Below are positions 20,430 through 31,337 of a stretch of DNA of 64,000 bases, in pieces; position 1 is the stretch's first letter; every line of letters starts with the position of its first letter. The notes below the pieces were generated by a model, which was not told where the DNA came from, searched no databases, and saw only the letters and a list, made by a program, of their open reading frames with translations. Position numbers and translations under genes: made by a program. Origin of the DNA: Phormidesmis sp. (GTDB lineage: Bacteria; Cyanobacteriota; Cyanobacteriia; Leptolyngbyales; Leptolyngbyaceae); the NCBI GenBank assembly GCA_965248535.1, contig CBDFJR010000005.1:1408001-1472000 (forward strand). The letters are read 5' to 3'.

Positions 20430-20498
20430 TCCTAACTAAAGAACGTGGCAGCCTATGACTATGAGAAAATAGAAAAGTCATCTATTTTTCTCTGTCCT

Positions 20499-20693
20499 AT
20501 GACTACAGCAGATCTATTCCCAACGCTAAGAGGGTTACCCCGTGCAGAAAAATTGAAAGTCATGCAATTTCTGATTGCGGAGTTAGCGAAAGAAGAAGAA
20601 CCCACTCTACAAGCAGGCGCAACGTACTCCCTTTGGTCACCGCTCAATTCCCATGAAGCAGCGCATCAACTCAGTCAACTTTTGAACTACTAA
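20499..20693 (+). CDS. Small hypothetical (antitoxin-like) protein, possibly 3'-clipped by a palindrome
   Basis: LPRAEKLKVMQFLIAELAKEE...YSLWSPLNSHEAA; its stop lies within the left arm of the palindrome. Confidence 0.6.
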   Translation: MTTADLFPTLRGLPRAEKLKVMQFLIAELAKEEEPTLQAGATYSLWSPLNSHEAAHQLSQLLNY

Positions 20694-20727
20694 GACCTTA
20701 ACCTCGGTTAAGGTCTTAGTAGTTCAA
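20682..20727. repeat. Perfect 22-bp inverted repeat with 2-nt loop
   Basis: TTGAACTACTAAGACCTTAACC-TC-GGTTAAGGTCTTAGTAGTTCAA. Confidence 0.95.
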
Positions 20728-20847
20728 TTCTCTTAACAGACAGTGCAAGTCGCGGTAGTTGCGCCTTGCTCATCTAGAAAGTTTAGATACCAATTCCCCT
20801 TCAGAATCGATTTAAGATGCAGAAGAAATGTTCATGCAGAACGTCTG

Positions 20848-22200
20848 ATGACTTCGACAAAATCTAGCACCATCGCCCTGAATTCGCTGAGCGCCGACCT
20901 TGCGGGACTAGACATCATCACGGATGCCCATCAGATTTATAAACTCTCCCAGGACTATTACACCTTTAGTCCGGTGCTGCAACCTTTATTAGCAGACAAA
21001 ACAGGTGATTTGGTCGTGCGTCCTGCTAGTGAAGCCGAGGTGCTCAGAGTGGCGGCAGCCTGTGTGAAATTCAAAGTGCCCCTCACCGTGCGCGGAGCCG
21101 GAACCGGAAACTATGGGCAGTGCGTGCCCCTGAATGGTGGCGTGATCCTCGATATGACGCGAATGACCGCCATTCACTGGGTCAAACCCGGACTTGCCTG
21201 CGTCGAGCCAGGGCTAAAGATGGCAGCGATGGATAAGCAAACCCGCGAAATGGGCTGGGAAGTTCGCATGGCTCCTTCGACCTATCGCACCGCTACGATC
21301 GGGGGCTTTATCGGCGGCGGCAGTGGCGGCATCGGGTCGGTGACCTATGGGCAACTGCGCGATCGTGGCAATCTCCAAGCCCTTCGCGTTGTGACGATGG
21401 AAGATCAGCCTCGCGTGATTGAGCTTCGAGGTGACGAGGTTTATAAAGTTGCTCACGCCTATGGCACCAACGGCATTATCACTCAGCTTGAAATTCCCCT
21501 CGCTCCGGCTTATCCCTGGGCAGAAGTGATTGTCAATTTCTCAAAGTTCATGACTGCCGCCAGATTTGGACAAGCCCTCACCAATGCGGATGGACTGATC
21601 AAAAAACTGGTCTGCGTTTGTGCCGCACCGATTCCAACTTATTTCGCCGCTCTGCGTAGCTACATTCCCGATGGCGCTCACTGTGCGCTACTGATGATTG
21701 CTGAAAGCAGTTTAGAACCTCTGGGTGAACTGGTTCAAGAATTTGGCGGCACGATCGGCTATCAAAAAACTGCCCAAGAAGCCAGCAAAGGCATCACCCT
21801 CGGCGAATATTCTTGGAATCACACCACGCTTCACGCCCGCAGCGTCGATCCGTCTCTGACCTATCTACAAACGCTGCTGCCTGACGACAATCTGGCTTTG
21901 CTTGAGCATCTCTATCACCATTTTGGCGACGAAGTGATGCTGCATCTAGAATTTTTGCGCGTGGGTGGATCTGCCCGCCCTGCGGCTCTGCAAGTCGTTC
22001 GCTACACTACTTCAGAACGTCTCGATCAGATCATTGCCTACCACGAATCTAAAGGGGCACTGATCTTCAATCCCCACACCTACATTCTCGAAGATGGCGG
22101 CATGAAAGCGATCGATAAGGCTCAACTCAACTTTAAAAAAGAGGTTGATCCCCACGGGTTACTCAATCCCGGCAAAATGAAGGCTTGGCTAGAACGATAA
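20848..22200 (+). CDS. FAD-binding oxidoreductase (FAD_binding_4 / GlcD-like)
   Basis: VRGAGTGNYGQ, ATIGGFIGGGSGG, GTNGIIT, DPHGLLNPGK. Confidence 0.9.
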   Translation: MTSTKSSTIALNSLSADLAGLDIITDAHQIYKLSQDYYTFSPVLQPLLADKTGDLVVRPASEAEVLRVAAACVKFKVPLTVRGAGTGNYGQCVPLNGGVILDMTRMTAIHWVKPGLACVEPGLKMAAMDKQTREMGWEVRMAPSTYRTATIGGFIGGGSGGIGSVTYGQLRDRGNLQALRVVTMEDQPRVIELRGDEVYKVAHAYGTNGIITQLEIPLAPAYPWAEVIVNFSKFMTAARFGQALTNADGLIKKLVCVCAAPIPTYFAALRSYIPDGAHCALLMIAESSLEPLGELVQEFGGTIGYQKTAQEASKGITLGEYSWNHTTLHARSVDPSLTYLQTLLPDDNLALLEHLYHHFGDEVMLHLEFLRVGGSARPAALQVVRYTTSERLDQIIAYHESKGALIFNPHTYILEDGGMKAIDKAQLNFKKEVDPHGLLNPGKMKAWLER

Positions 22201-22389
22201 AGTTTTGACCGCTCAGGCTAGCGATAGGCCCCGATCGCTCATCAACAGGCTATAAAACTAAGGAACTGCCCCCTAAAACCATCCCGTCCACTGAACAACG
22301 CTTGATGAGGATTGCAAAAATGGTTCGGATCTCTGGGAGCAATGTCTGTAGTAGCAATGAACGCCCTAAGTTAGGAGTGAAATTCCACC

Positions 22390-23517
22390 GTGATGTTTGA
22401 TTGTATTATCGTCGGAGCCGGGCCCGCCGGGGGAACTGCCGCCTATCATTTAGCAAAACGTCAACGCTCAGTATTGGTGCTAGAACGCGACACTCTGCCC
22501 CGATATAAAGCCTGTAGCGGTGGAGTGTCTCCGGCGATCGCTCAATGGTTTGATTTTGACTTCTCACCCGCCATTTCTCTCAAGGTCGATGCAATCCGCT
22601 ATACCTGGAAGCTCGGTGATCCTGTCGAGGCTACCCTCAACACGCCAGAACCGATGTGGATGGTCAAACGCGATGTGTTTGATCACTTCCTGATCCAGCA
22701 AGCTCAGGCAAAAGGGGCAGAACTGCGCGATCAAACCTCGGTCACCGGAATCGAATTTAAAGGCGATCGCTGGATTGTCAACACCTCTAACGGGCCGCTA
22801 GAAGCCCGCTATCTAATCGCCGCAGACGGTGCTAAAGGCCCTATGGCAAAGTGGCTGGGCTTTAAAGAGCGCAAAACTCGCATGGGTGCCGTGATGGAAG
22901 TGCCCCGATCGAGCCATGATGGGCGGGCCCAATTCGATTTCGGCATCGTCAAAAACGGCTTTATCTGGAATCTGCCCAAAGCGGATGGACTCTCGATCGG
23001 CACCAGCACCTTTCGCGGCGGCGACTCTGAAGATCTGAGGGCTGACCTCTCTGAATATGCTGCTCTTGCCGGAATCGATGAGAAAAGTAGCCAGGTTCAC
23101 CTCCATCCCATCTGCACTTGGGACGGCGATCAAAAACTGCACACCCAAAACGCCCTGCTCGCGGGTGAAACGGCCGGTGTCGTTGACCCCTTTACAGGCG
23201 AGGGCATCCGCCCCTCGATCTTCAGCGGCATGAAGGCAGCAGAAGCCATTGACCAGGCTTTATCGGGCGATCGCAATGCCCTAGAAACCTACACCTCCGT
23301 CATTCAAAAAGAATGGGGAGTCGATATGGTCTGGGCCCAGCGGCTCGCGGGCGTATTTTATCGCATTCCCAGCATTGGCTACAAAGTGGGAGTGAAGCGA
23401 CCGACCGCCACCGATCGCTTAGGCAAAATCATGTGCGGACAGTTGCGCTATGCCGATGTCGCGACGCGGGCCCTCAAGCGTTTGAGCGGCAGCCTGATTC
23501 CTGGCATGGGCGGCTAG
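22390..23517 (+). CDS. Geranylgeranyl reductase-family FAD oxidoreductase
   Basis: IIVGAGPAG, PRYKACSGG, IAADGA, DPFTGEGIRP. Confidence 0.88.
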   Translation: MMFDCIIVGAGPAGGTAAYHLAKRQRSVLVLERDTLPRYKACSGGVSPAIAQWFDFDFSPAISLKVDAIRYTWKLGDPVEATLNTPEPMWMVKRDVFDHFLIQQAQAKGAELRDQTSVTGIEFKGDRWIVNTSNGPLEARYLIAADGAKGPMAKWLGFKERKTRMGAVMEVPRSSHDGRAQFDFGIVKNGFIWNLPKADGLSIGTSTFRGGDSEDLRADLSEYAALAGIDEKSSQVHLHPICTWDGDQKLHTQNALLAGETAGVVDPFTGEGIRPSIFSGMKAAEAIDQALSGDRNALETYTSVIQKEWGVDMVWAQRLAGVFYRIPSIGYKVGVKRPTATDRLGKIMCGQLRYADVATRALKRLSGSLIPGMGG

Positions 23518-23969
23518 CCGCAGAGTCTGCTCAATTAATCGATACAAGCCAGCCTTTGACTTCAAAGGGCTGTCAGCTTTATCATGCCGAGACGGGGTTT
23601 TAGTTAGGTCAATGGGGTCAGCGCCCAACAATTTGTGGTGAGATCTGAATCAGCACAGATTCTTGAAAACTAGTCGTCTCCTCAACAAAAAACAAACATG
23701 AGGACAACATTACAAAATGTTGCGAACTGACTAGGATGGTGAACACAATGCCGCAGAATTAATTGCGGAAGGTAGCTAAGTCAAAACGCCTGCGTAGCCA
23801 AGATTACCGATCGGTGCCTCGGATTTATTCAACCACTTCCAGCCCAGATGTCAGATTCAAAGATTTTCATCGATGAACTGAGTAACTAGCTCCAAGCAAA
23901 CTTAACCCGACCCTGACGGGACTCCCGTTTAAACATACTCGGTTACATTACTTTTGGAGGAATCCATCA

Positions 23970-24455
23970 ATGAGTATTGTCACGAAATCAATCGTGAATG
24001 CTGACGCTGAAGCTCGTTACCTCAGCCCCGGCGAACTAGATCGGATCAAAGGCTTTGTCACCACAGGTGAGCGTCGCCTCCGCATCGCGCAAACCCTGAC
24101 CGACTCTCGTGAGCGCATCGTCAAGCAAGCTGGCGATCAACTGTTTCAAAAGCGCCCTGACGTGGTTTCCCCCGGTGGAAATGCCTACGGCGAAGAAATG
24201 ACTGCAACCTGCCTGCGTGACCTCGACTATTACCTCCGCCTCGTGACCTACGGAGTGGTTGCTGGTGATGTCACCCCGATCGAAGAAATCGGCATCGTCG
24301 GCGTTCGTGAGATGTACAACTCCCTGGGCACCCCGATTCCTGCGGTTGCTGAAGGCATTCGGGCGATGAAGAGCGTTGCTGCTTCCTTGCTGTCTTCTGA
24401 AGACGCGTCTGAAGCTGGCTCCTACTTCGACTATGTAATCGGTGCAATGCAGTAA
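23970..24455 (+). CDS. apcA: Allophycocyanin alpha subunit
   Basis: [48 protein letters not shown]. Confidence 0.99.
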   Translation: MSIVTKSIVNADAEARYLSPGELDRIKGFVTTGERRLRIAQTLTDSRERIVKQAGDQLFQKRPDVVSPGGNAYGEEMTATCLRDLDYYLRLVTYGVVAGDVTPIEEIGIVGVREMYNSLGTPIPAVAEGIRAMKSVAASLLSSEDASEAGSYFDYVIGAMQ

Positions 24456-24516
24456 TTACTGCTGCCGATGTCTCACGCATTTACATTAAGCTCACGCGAC
24501 TTACGGGAATTAAATC

Positions 24517-25002
24517 ATGCAAGACGCAATTACCTCTGTTATCAACACGTCTGACGTTCAGGGCAAATACCTAGATACGTCTTCCCTCGAAAAGCTCAAA
24601 GGCTACTTTGCAACAGGCGAACTGCGCGTTCGTGCAGCGACGACGATCAGCGCTAACGCAGCAGCGATCGTCAAAGAAGCGGTTGCTAAGTCCTTGCTAT
24701 ATTCAGACATCACCCGTCCCGGCGGCAACATGTATACGACTCGTCGTTATGCTGCTTGCATTCGTGACCTCGACTACTACCTCCGTTACTCCACCTACGC
24801 AATGTTGGCTGGCGACCCCTCCATCCTCGATGAGCGTGTGCTCAACGGTTTGAAGGAAACCTACAACTCCTTGGGCGTACCCGTGGGCGCAACGGTGCAG
24901 GCCATCCAAGCAATGAAAGAAGTCACTGCTGGTTTGGTGGGTGCTGACGCTGGTAAAGAAATGGGCGTTTACTTCGACTATATCTGCTCTGGCTTGAGCT
25001 AG
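24517..25002 (+). CDS. apcB: Allophycocyanin beta subunit
   Basis: [37 protein letters not shown]. Confidence 0.99.
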   Translation: MQDAITSVINTSDVQGKYLDTSSLEKLKGYFATGELRVRAATTISANAAAIVKEAVAKSLLYSDITRPGGNMYTTRRYAACIRDLDYYLRYSTYAMLAGDPSILDERVLNGLKETYNSLGVPVGATVQAIQAMKEVTAGLVGADAGKEMGVYFDYICSGLS

Positions 25003-25087
25003 TTCTACAAGGTGTCAGGACTAGGGCAAATGGGTTCAGATCTTTCTGAAACCTGTAACCCGAAACCCCAAACCATTTTGTGAGGCA

Positions 25088-25172
25088 TTGGAAGTCTGGA
25101 ATGAGTGTTAGCTCGTCAAAGGCTAGTCTAGGACATGGTTTTAGCAATCTAGCATTGATTCTCGACTTCCAA
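25088..25172 (+). other. Long imperfect stem-loop in the apcB-apcC spacer
   Basis: TTGGAAGTC...GACTTCCAA outer stem with further inner pairing (GGAAT/ATTCT, AGTGTTAG/CTAGCATT). Confidence 0.6.
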
Positions 25173-25399
25173 CCTTCCCCTATCAATTTTTGTTTACCAT
25201 CCAAACGATTTGCGATCGCTCTCTAAGGTCTGCACCTGCGCCAATTGGCGTTGACATCTAGAGATGCTGGGTCGCTCACTCTTTGAGAATTTCTCACAGC
25301 CCATCAGCGTTTTGAATTGTGGTATGAGTTTGTGAATTCAAGCCTCAAGACTCAAGACTCAACATCCATCCTCAGCCTACTCAGGAGATTATAAGACCC

Positions 25400-25603
25400 A
25401 TGAGAATGTTCAAGGTTACTGCCTGCGTTCCCAGTTTGACCCGCACCCGCACTCAACGAGAACTACAGAACACCTATTTCACCAAGTTGGTTCCTTATGA
25501 CAACTGGTTCCGTGAGCAGCAACGGATTCAAAAAATGGGCGGCAAGATCGTCAAAGTTGAATTGGCGACTGGCAAAGCAGGCGCGAACACGGGCATTGCA
25601 TAA
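25400..25603 (+). CDS. apcC: Phycobilisome core small linker
   Basis: MRMFKVTACVPSLTRTRTQRELQNTYFTKLVPYDNWFREQQRIQKMGGKIVKVEL. Confidence 0.99.
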   Translation: MRMFKVTACVPSLTRTRTQRELQNTYFTKLVPYDNWFREQQRIQKMGGKIVKVELATGKAGANTGIA

Positions 25604-25660
25604 CGCCTGAGTTGAGTCTGATTAGGTCTTTAATGTTTGCTAACTCTGAGCATTAGTTGT

Positions 25661-25684
25661 GGAGGTCTAATAGACCTCCTTTTT
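25661..25684 (+). terminator. Intrinsic terminator of apcABC
   Basis: GGAGGTCTA-A-TAGACCTCC followed by TTTTT. Confidence 0.8.
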
Positions 25685-25727
25685 GCTGTTTTTATTATTG
25701 AAATGCCCAGTCTCTTGGCTTAAATTT

Positions 25728-26066
25728 TTAGCCTTGCCACAGGTCAGAAAAAATACTTTTTACGGCGGCGGAGACGCGATCGAGGTCTTCATTCAGCAAC
25801 GGCGGACAGTCTGACTGTTGTTTGAGTCCGGCTGCAAACGCTCGTCTTCCTTCGCTTGCGATCAGATAAAGCGCGTAGGAGAGGGCGCGATCGAGGGTTT
25901 TTTCTGCCTTTAAAGACTCAAAGATAACTTTAAGCGCCAGCAAAATCGACGTGACCTGACCCGGAATCGGCGGTTGACCATGCTGCAATCGCACCAAAAA
26001 ACCATCAGAACCCAGAGTTTCGCTGCTTTGATCGATCAGCAGGCGACGAGCGGTTTCATAATCCAC
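25728..26066 (-). CDS. Conserved cyanobacterial hypothetical protein
   Basis: FLVRLQHGQPPIPGQVTSILLALKV...PPLLNEDLDRVSAAVKSIF. Confidence 0.75.
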   Translation of the reverse strand: MDYETARRLLIDQSSETLGSDGFLVRLQHGQPPIPGQVTSILLALKVIFESLKAEKTLDRALSYALYLIASEGRRAFAAGLKQQSDCPPLLNEDLDRVSAAVKSIFSDLWQG

Positions 26067-26148
26067 GATCGAGCGGCTCTAAAAATGTTGACTGTTAAAC
26101 TCTAGCCTACTCCTTGAAAGCGTCAAGGGGTTGCAGTCTGTTCGATCA

Positions 26149-26343
26149 TTAAGCCACAAAAAAAGGAGAGAACTGAATGTCGTTCTCTCCCTTTTTGCCT
26201 TCAGGCTCAGAGCCTTCTTGGAGTTTTTTGCGGAGCATTTGCGTTTGCTTTTTGAGTTGTCGCTGACGGGCAGAGCCGCCTTTGCCTTTGTGGTTGCGTC
26301 CCTCACGGCGAGGAGACTCCCAGCGTTTGAGCAGACGGGCCAT
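26149..26343 (-). CDS. Small highly basic hypothetical protein
   Basis: RWESPRREGRNHKGKGGSARQRQLKKQ; GAGG RBS upstream; directly downstream of gyrA. Confidence 0.65.
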   Translation of the reverse strand: MARLLKRWESPRREGRNHKGKGGSARQRQLKKQTQMLRKKLQEGSEPEGKKGENDIQFSPFFVA

Positions 26344-26398
26344 ATTTATTTCCTCGTTGTCTTGAAGTGAGGGCAGGAACGCGCCTGCCCCCGTTGGT

Positions 26399-29143
26399 CT
26401 ATTCTACTTCGCCCTCATCGTCGCTGTCATCCTCCTCATCAGTCGCACCGACAGGAGTCTGATCAGCCGCGATCGCAGCGTCACTTTCTAAAAGATCCTC
26501 AGCAGCACCCTCGATCGCGTCCTCGCCAGGAACGCCCGCCGGAATCACTTCTTCTTCGCCTGTGAGCGGCACGATCGCGACAGCCGCGATCGCGTCCTCT
26601 TCATCCAATCGCTGCACGCGCACTCCGGTTGCCGTGCGTGACTGAGACGAGATCGCATCGACCGCCTGCCGAATAATGATGCCACGATTAGTAATCATCA
26701 TCAACTCCGCCCCTTCGTTGACAATGTGCAGCGCCGCCAGCGTGTCGCCTTTTTTGCGGAACTTGGTGACCACAATGCCCATCCCGGCGCGGTTTTGCAG
26801 CCGGAACTGAGTCACGGGAACGCGCTTGCCATAGCCGCCCGTCGTCACGACCAAGATCCACGGCCCGGCGGGCGTTTTGAGGTCTGACGCTTCCAGATCA
26901 GAGGACTCTTCGATTAGAGACTCTTCATCGTTGAGTTCGACATCCTCATCGAGCAATCCGGCTTCTTGAGCTTGGGCAACGTTTTCGACAATTTGACCCG
27001 GCAAAATCGCCATGCCCACGAGACTATCGCCTTTGCGAAGCGCCATCGATCGCACCCCGCGAGTGGCTCGCCCTAAGGGCCGCAGTTGCTCGTGATTGAC
27101 GCGGAAGTGAATCGATCGCCCTAAACTTGAGCCAATGATAATGCTGTCTTCGACACAGGCCAACCGCACCCAGCGCAACTGATCGCCTTCTTCGAGCGAG
27201 ATAGCGATTAGCCCGTTTGAGCGAATGTTGCCAAAGGCCGACAGCGCCGTCTTTTTGATGTAGCCTTTGTTGGTCAACATCACCAAAAACACGTTGTCGC
27301 TGAACTCCGAGACCGGAATAATCGAGGTGATTTTCTCATTGTGAGGAATCGGCAGCAGTTGCACGATCGGCATTCCTCTTGCCGTTCTCGATGCGGTATG
27401 AATCTGGTAGGCTTTGGCGTGGTAGACAACGCCGCGATCGCTAAAGAACAAAATGCTGTCATGGTCGCAGCAGGTCAAGAAGTGCTCAACAGCATCATCG
27501 TCTTTGATGCGCGCGCCCGACTTGCCGCGAGTGGCTCGACTCTGAGAATCAAACGCATCCACAGGCATCCGTTTGATATAGCCCTGCTCGGTGAGCAGAA
27601 TCACCGCTTTCTCGTTGGCGATTAAGTCCATATCGCCGAGTTCGTCTTCAGATTGCTCGATCACCGTGCGGCGCGGAGTTGCTTGAGTGGCGCGCAGTTC
27701 TGTGATTTCGGTCTCAATGATGTCAAGAATCCGTTCACGCCGAGCCAAAATATCCTGCAAGTCGGTGATTTGAATCTGCAAATCATCATGTTCTTGCTGA
27801 ATTTTCTCAGCCTCTAGCGCTGTGAGTCGGCGCAGTTGCATTTGCAAAATCGCATCGGCTTGAGATTCTGACAGGCCGTAAGACTCAATCAGTTCTTGCC
27901 GGGCGGTGGGCGCGTCGGCTGCCCCGCGAATAATCGCAATGATGCGATCGAGGTGAGACAGCGCAATCAGCAGACCTTGCAGGAGGTGATCCCGTTCTTC
28001 GGCTTTGCGAAGCTGATAGCGAGTTCGACGTTCGATTGTCTCGATGCGGAAGTTCAGAAAGACTTCAAGAAAAAATTTAATGGTTAACAACTGCGGCTCG
28101 TTGTTGACCAAGGCCAGCATATTGGCCCCAAAGTTTGCCTGAATGGGGGTTTGCTTGTAGAGATTGTTGAGCACTACTCGTGGATAGGCATCCCGGCGAA
28201 GCTCAATGACAATTCGCATTCCGTCACGATCGCTCTCGTCGCGCACGTCAGAAATGCCTTCGATCTTGTGATCGTTGACCAACTCGGCAATCTTCTCAAT
28301 CAGCGAGGCCTTATTGGTTTGGTAAGGTAGCTCGGTGATGATAATGGCTTCGCGATCGGGTCGGCCGCGATGCTCGATCGTCTCGATCGCAGCCACGCCG
28401 CGCATGGTGATTGAGCCGCGCCCAGTCGTGTAGGCATCGCGAATGCCCGATCGACCCAAGATCTGCCCACCCGTAGGAAAATCGGGGCCAGGAATATACT
28501 GCATCAACTCCAGTTCGGTCAGGTCTGGGTTGTGAATCAGCGCCGTCAAGCCATCGATCAACTCACCCAGGTTGTGGGGCGGAATGTTGGTGGCCATGCC
28601 CACTGCGATCCCAGAAGAGCCATTCAGCAATAGCTGGGGAAGTCTCGCTGGCAGAACGGTTGGCTCTTGCTGAGAGCCATCAAAGTTATCGGCAAAATCA
28701 ACGGTTTCGGCTTCGATGTCTCGCAGCAGGGCATTGCTGGTTAAGGTGGTCAAGCGACATTCGGTATATCGCATCGCAGCGGGCGGATCGTTGTCGATCG
28801 AGCCAAAGTTGCCGTGACCGTTGATCAGCGGCGATCGCATTGAGAAGTCTTGCGCCATTCGCACCAGGGCATCATAGACTGCGGTGTCGCCGTGGGGGTG
28901 ATATTTACCGAGCACTTCCCCGACTACACGCGCACATTTGCGGAAAGGACGCTCAGGGGTGAGGCCGAGTTCGTGCATGGCGTAGAGAATGCGACGATGC
29001 ACTGGCTTTAGGCCATCTCTGGCATCTGGCAGTGCCCGACCCACGATCACGCTCATGGCGTATTCCAGGTACGATCGCTGCATCTCGCCTCGGAGATCGG
29101 TGGGAACGACCCGTTCTGTGGGCATCTCCTGGGAGAAGGTCAT
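26399..29143 (-). CDS. gyrA: DNA gyrase subunit A
   Basis: [41 protein letters not shown] active-site Tyr, QSRATRG GyrA-box variant, beta-pinwheel repeats, acidic tail. Confidence 0.97.
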   Translation of the reverse strand: MTFSQEMPTERVVPTDLRGEMQRSYLEYAMSVIVGRALPDARDGLKPVHRRILYAMHELGLTPERPFRKCARVVGEVLGKYHPHGDTAVYDALVRMAQDFSMRSPLINGHGNFGSIDNDPPAAMRYTECRLTTLTSNALLRDIEAETVDFADNFDGSQQEPTVLPARLPQLLLNGSSGIAVGMATNIPPHNLGELIDGLTALIHNPDLTELELMQYIPGPDFPTGGQILGRSGIRDAYTTGRGSITMRGVAAIETIEHRGRPDREAIIITELPYQTNKASLIEKIAELVNDHKIEGISDVRDESDRDGMRIVIELRRDAYPRVVLNNLYKQTPIQANFGANMLALVNNEPQLLTIKFFLEVFLNFRIETIERRTRYQLRKAEERDHLLQGLLIALSHLDRIIAIIRGAADAPTARQELIESYGLSESQADAILQMQLRRLTALEAEKIQQEHDDLQIQITDLQDILARRERILDIIETEITELRATQATPRRTVIEQSEDELGDMDLIANEKAVILLTEQGYIKRMPVDAFDSQSRATRGKSGARIKDDDAVEHFLTCCDHDSILFFSDRGVVYHAKAYQIHTASRTARGMPIVQLLPIPHNEKITSIIPVSEFSDNVFLVMLTNKGYIKKTALSAFGNIRSNGLIAISLEEGDQLRWVRLACVEDSIIIGSSLGRSIHFRVNHEQLRPLGRATRGVRSMALRKGDSLVGMAILPGQIVENVAQAQEAGLLDEDVELNDEESLIEESSDLEASDLKTPAGPWILVVTTGGYGKRVPVTQFRLQNRAGMGIVVTKFRKKGDTLAALHIVNEGAELMMITNRGIIIRQAVDAISSQSRTATGVRVQRLDEEDAIAAVAIVPLTGEEEVIPAGVPGEDAIEGAAEDLLESDAAIAADQTPVGATDEEDDSDDEGEVE

Positions 29144-29573
29144 AGTGTGAAAAACTCCGAAAATGCAAGCTTGGATTTGACGATCGACACAGATAGCTAA
29201 AACTCAACAGTTAAGCCCTCTGAATGAGTGTCGATGGCTGCTTTAATCTTAACATGTCACGGCAGTAGTCGGGGCAGCTAAGTATCATCAGATACATCGA
29301 TTGATATCCGGGTCGAAAGGTTCAATTCTAGTGGCTAAAATGCCGTCTGAAAAAGTTATTTTTAGAGGGCCATTCGGTTTCTAAAATAAAGTCTGCATCC
29401 GTTAGCTATCAGGCTATTGATAGATTGACGCTTTGATGATTATGCCGTTCCTAATGCCTTCGACAAGATTGACTAGAATGTATTTTTTGATCCCGGATCG
29501 GTTCTAGAGTTTCAATAGTCCAGATAGAAAGAATTCTTTGCCCTGATTTTAGCGATCGCTTGACCCAAATCCT

Positions 29574-30491
29574 ATGACCTTCCCTATCATTTACTCCGAT
29601 CAATTCTTGCTTCATGAAACGGGCTATTTTCACCCCGAAAAACCGGAGCGTCTAAGGGCAATTCAGCAGGCTCTTAAAGCAGCGCCTTGGGCCGATCAGC
29701 TAACCTGGCAAAGCCCAACCTCGATCGAAGCGCGATCGCCGCTGGCGTTTGTGCAGCAAGCCCACGATCGCCGCTATGTCGAAGCCCTGAGACAGTTGGC
29801 TAATCAGGGCGGCGGTCATTTGGATGGCGATACACCCGTCTCTCCGCACAGCTTTGAAGTAGCGCTGCTGGCGGTCAACGCTTGGATTGATGGAGTCATT
29901 TCAACCCTGACGACCGGAGAACCCAGCTTTGTGCTGGCGCGACCCCCCGGACATCATGCCACTGCCAATCTGGGGATGGGGTTTTGTCTATTGAGCAATG
30001 CGGCGATCGCGGCCCTCTATGCCCTCGATCACGGAGCCGATCGCGTTGCCATTCTCGATTGGGATGTGCATCACGGCAATGGCACCCAAGCGATCGTTGA
30101 ACTTCACTCTAATATTGCCTTTTGTTCACTGCATGAGTCGCCTCAATATCCCGGTACGGGCCAGGCAAGTGAGAGCGGCTTTCATCACAACGTGCTCAAT
30201 TTGCCCATGAAAGCGGGGAGCACGATCGCCGATTATCAACCCTTGTTTGAGTCAAAAATTATGCCGTTTTTAACTAATTTTCAGCCTGATTTGCTGATTG
30301 TGAGTGCGGGCTACGATGCCAATCACGACGACCCGCTGGCTAATATCTCGCTGCAACCTCAAGACTATGGTGTGTTTGCAGACTATTGTTTGACGCTGAC
30401 TCGGCGCATTGTCTTTGGCTTAGAAGGAGGCTATGACTTGAATGCGCTGGCTCGATCGGTTGTGGCAACCATCGATCGATGTCTCATTTAG
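29574..30491 (+). CDS. Histone deacetylase-family protein
   Basis: HPEKPERL, RPPGHHA, GFCLLSN, DWDVHHGNGTQ, SAGYDA, LEGGY. Confidence 0.93.
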   Translation: MTFPIIYSDQFLLHETGYFHPEKPERLRAIQQALKAAPWADQLTWQSPTSIEARSPLAFVQQAHDRRYVEALRQLANQGGGHLDGDTPVSPHSFEVALLAVNAWIDGVISTLTTGEPSFVLARPPGHHATANLGMGFCLLSNAAIAALYALDHGADRVAILDWDVHHGNGTQAIVELHSNIAFCSLHESPQYPGTGQASESGFHHNVLNLPMKAGSTIADYQPLFESKIMPFLTNFQPDLLIVSAGYDANHDDPLANISLQPQDYGVFADYCLTLTRRIVFGLEGGYDLNALARSVVATIDRCLI

Positions 30492-30783
30492 CAATAGATA
30501 TCTAGAAATAGATTGACACCTATTCTGTCGTTTATCAGTTGAGAACAAGCTATCTATAGAGAATTTTCGCTGTATTCGGTTTGGTGCTTTTAAAGCATTC
30601 TCATAGCGATCACGCTAACGTAACTTACGTGATAACGCTACAGTTCATCGCCAGTAGCTTTAATCAATTCGTCTTAACGATCCTCTACTCAAGATAGACG
30701 CGCTAAGGGAACATTGCAGCTAATCTAACGGTAACGGCTGTAAAAATCTTTAGAACACTAAAACATTTAACTAAACCAACACT

Positions 30784-31038
30784 ATGCAACTCCAAATTGA
30801 ATGCAATAGTCTACTCAAAAGTCAAGAACTCTGCTGTCTCTGTAAACACCCTTTTGAATGCAAAGAAGCACGAGTCATCGTCTGCAATGACCAAGGCACA
30901 GGGTGCGGCGATGCATGCCCAGACTGCATCAGCCAAGGCTTTAGCTGGATTAAAACTAGATTTGAGCAACTCAACCGTCCTAAGAAGACTGCACTGAGCT
31001 ATCACAGAAAGCCGCAAGAAGTCGCGATCGGGGCCTAG
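30784..31038 (+). CDS. Small Cys-rich (CxxC...CxxC) hypothetical protein
   Basis: CCLC...CPDC putative zinc ribbon, ARVIVCNDQG. Confidence 0.7.
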   Translation: MQLQIECNSLLKSQELCCLCKHPFECKEARVIVCNDQGTGCGDACPDCISQGFSWIKTRFEQLNRPKKTALSYHRKPQEVAIGA

Positions 31039-31051
31039 CGATCGCCCCTAC

Positions 31052-31336
31052 CCATACGACGGTAACCTGATTTATTGGAGCCTAAGACAGGGTAACCACC
31101 CAGAAGTCTCAATTCGAGAAGCAACTCTTCTCAAGAGACAACAAGGGAAATGCCCCCACTGCGGACTGACTTTTAGAGAAGGAGATATGTGGGAAATCGA
31201 CCACCGCATCCCCCGCTCAAAAGGCGGTAAGGATTCCTATGAAAACCTTCAACTTCTTCATAAGCATTGCCACGATGGAAAAACAGCTAAAGATGGATTA
31301 ACGGGAGGTAGTAATGTCAAATACCCAACTCACTGA
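31052..31336 (+). pseudogene. C-terminal DNA-binding/HNH endonuclease fragment of a group II intron RT/maturase (no start codon)
   Basis: Manual translation: PYDGNLIYWSLRQGNHPEVSIREATLLKRQQGKCPHCGLTFREGDMWEIDHRIPRSKGGKDSYENLQLLHKHCHDGKTAKDGLTGGSNVKYPTH*. Confidence 0.9.
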
Positions 31337-31337
31337 G

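Noticed and set aside
23709..23726. HLR1/RpaB-like direct repeat upstream of apcA (ATTACAAA-AT-GTTGCGAA)
   Set aside because: The second half-site is too degenerate to support a call from sequence alone
26399..29143. Intein in gyrA suggested by its length
   Set aside because: The extra length is an acidic insertion in the C-terminal domain and an acidic tail; the sequence around AAMRYTE is uninterrupted and no splice motifs are visible
29280..29340. tRNA-like GGTTCAATTC motif
   Set aside because: No T-stem pairing, acceptor stem or cloverleaf could be built
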